Shown here piece by piece: positions 61,711-64,000 of a DNA stretch of 64,000 bases; positions within the stretch are counted from its first letter, which is position 1; each line of letters starts with the position of its first letter. The DNA comes from Eledone cirrhosa. Lineage: Eukaryota. Both the position numbers and the translations under genes were made by a program. Under the pieces are notes generated by a model. The model did not search any database and was not told where the DNA came from. It saw only the letters and a program-made list of their open reading frames with translations. The stretch spans positions 343,666,001-343,730,000 of the forward strand of contig OZ024741.1 in the NCBI GenBank assembly GCA_964016885.1, read 5' to 3'.

Positions 61711-62949
61711 ATACGTATATATATATATATATTGAAGTTGCGGCGCTCAGCCACCATCCACGAAAAGACAATATGAAATCATATAAAAATGAGAAAGCTC
61801 AACGCTAGAACAGCCCTTAAAACAGCCAAATGATGTCATAGGCAGCAATTGTCAAACATGCCTCAGAGGACAGAGACCAGCGGTGAGTGATCGACAAAGA
61901 GACAGTCCACAAGGTGGGTGACAGGCAGATGAAATATAGAAAAGATTGAAAGAGGAGGAGGACAAGAAGGTGTGTGTTGGGGCAAAGAAGTGACTGGAAG
62001 AAGGAAATAAAGAAAGGCAATATACAAAACAAGTTCACACACATAGAAATCTTCACCCTCATCAACTTTCAAACCAGCACAATTTAATTTTGATTCATTG
62101 AGAGAACCATTTGAAAATGCTGTAACACGCAACAGAAGCATAAATCCTTCTGCTGGTTTGATGTGTCTGTGATAAAACAAACAGCACAGATAGAAGGACG
62201 AAAGAAGACAAAGAAAAAAAAAACACGTTAGTGGACCTCCGAATTTATGCGTTTAGTCTTCCATAGTCGTATTCCCGACTACATGTAAAGTTGTTTTCGT
62301 ATCCGGATGTTTTCGTGTTTGGTGACATTCGGACATGCAGTTGGTAAAAAACCATCTTTTTGTATTATTTAACGATTAGATGAATTCCATACAGAGAAAT
62401 AAAATGCTACTTCCTTCTGTATTTGTAACTCATTTAAATAATATATTAATCTTTGGTTATTTATTTATTTATCCATTTTATATATACTATGTAATGTAAA
62501 ACTATTATGACTGGGAATTTACAAATTGGCTTAAACTGTGAACTGTCTTACTGTGGATAATAAAATCACACCCAAGCATTGAATATGTATGTATGTATGT
62601 ATGTATGCATGTATGTATGTATGTATGTATGTATGTATGTATGTATGTATGTATATATGTATGTTCTAGTTATATAATTTTATAAATATTTACGAATAGT
62701 GAGAGTCTGTTTCTAACATAGATACAATACTCTCTCATTGGAATTTACACATCAACAAGGTAGATATGTAAGCGTGTCTGCATGCATGCATGTGTAACTA
62801 TGAATGTTAATGTCTGTGTGTGGGGGGGGGGTGTTTTGAGTTATATGTGGGCATGTGCATATGCTTTGTATCTGTAAAAGTGTACAGAATTTTTGGAATG
62901 TTTTACATATGTTTACTGTACCATTAATGGATTGTACTTGGAATTTCCT

Positions 62950-64000
62950 AACTAGTTGCGTTCTTTCTGCTGCTGTGAAACCCAGCTTCTCGATTTATAG
63001 TCATATATGAGCATTTATCTTGGCCAGCCTCCATTTCTATATCCTTTGAGAATGTTGTAAGCAGATCAAGATTTTTCTTCATCCCATCAATGTTCTTGGC
63101 ATAGAGTTTCAGGTCATCCACAAAGAAATTATGGGTTAAGTTCATATTTCTGTCCTCCTGTTAGCCAATCATATATCCTTCACAATCCCTGAGCAGAAAG
63201 GATAAGGGGTTTAATGACAGGATAAATAGTATCACAGAGAGACTGTCTCCTTGAAATATACCCCTGTGATATTCTATTTTATCAGTGAAAATAGAGTCCT
63301 CCTCTGCTTTTGTCTTTAGGATAGTAATCCAAGAGGATGACAGTTTCTCTACTGCTCTGATAATAATGCCTGGGACTTTAGCAAATCGGAGGGCCTCTAT
63401 CATCGAAGAGGGGGGAATAGAATCAAATGCGTTCCTGTAGTCCAGCCAAACTGTAGCCATATTCCTCCTAAGTTCTCGCATCTTCGGCATCGTAGTTTTG
63501 TTGATTAGGAGTTTTTCAGCACACCTCCAAATACTTTTCTTTCCAGCTGCTTGTTCATCTGTGATGATGTCATTACTGTCGCAGTGATCTTTGAGGAATA
63601 GGTTCAGGCATGATGTATACATCTTATACATCAGGTTCTGGCATGCAATGGGTCGGTAATTTTTGCCAAGTGGGTGTCTTTGTTCTTGGTGACCAGTATT
63701 GTTTGTGCTAATGTCAACCATTCTGGTATATGTGCATCTCCCTTGAGAGCTTGCTAGTAGAGGTCGATAAGGTACATTCGATAAAATATCAGTTTTTTGT
63801 ACCAGTAGCCGACAATCAAGTCGCTTCCTGGTGTTTTTCTATCACAGTTTCAAGGCTATCCTCCTTTATTTCGTATGTTTTTGTTGTAGTGTAGGAGCAA
63901 TAGTTCTTTTAGATTTCTTTTAGCCACACTGCATCTTGGTTGAAATTCTTCTTTCCACCTCATATTTTTCTCTAGAAGGAATGTCTTTCTGGGATGGGGC
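62950..64000 (-). mobile_element. R4/Dong-clade RT fragment running off the window edge
   Basis: NYRPIACQNLMYK, WLDYRNAFDSIP, RGIFQGDSLS, HNFFVDDLKLYAK. Confidence 0.85.

Overview
AT-rich, microsatellite-dense eukaryotic DNA made up almost entirely of transposable elements. The SINE family and repeat landscape suggest an octopus-like mollusc (inference). No host gene is confidently identified. Conventional content: two near-full-length, frameshifted L1/Tx1 LINEs in tandem within (AAT)n (14876-26585), R4/Dong, CRE and RTE retrotransposon fragments, two Helitrons, Tc1/mariner relics, and about 10 tRNA-derived SINE copies. The dominant unexplained structure is a set of at least 14 fold-back (palindromic) or partially tandem elements, 87 bp to 3.8 kb, nearly all sitting in or beside (TA)n tracts. 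They share one architecture: an inverted arm, a sense arm, and a 30-110 bp tail on one side only. Most carry a minimal type-I hammerhead ribozyme motif (CUGANGA or compensated UUGANAA, stem II, GAAA, palindromic loop III, UH, stem I). Several run directly into Penelope-like (probably Naiad-type) RT/GIY-YIG coding sequence. The window therefore shows a TA-targeting Penelope/hammerhead system: a coding partner, fold-back derivatives, ultra-short derivatives, retrozyme-like tandem units and a tRNA-carrying passenger. All ribozyme folds were made by eye and are untested.
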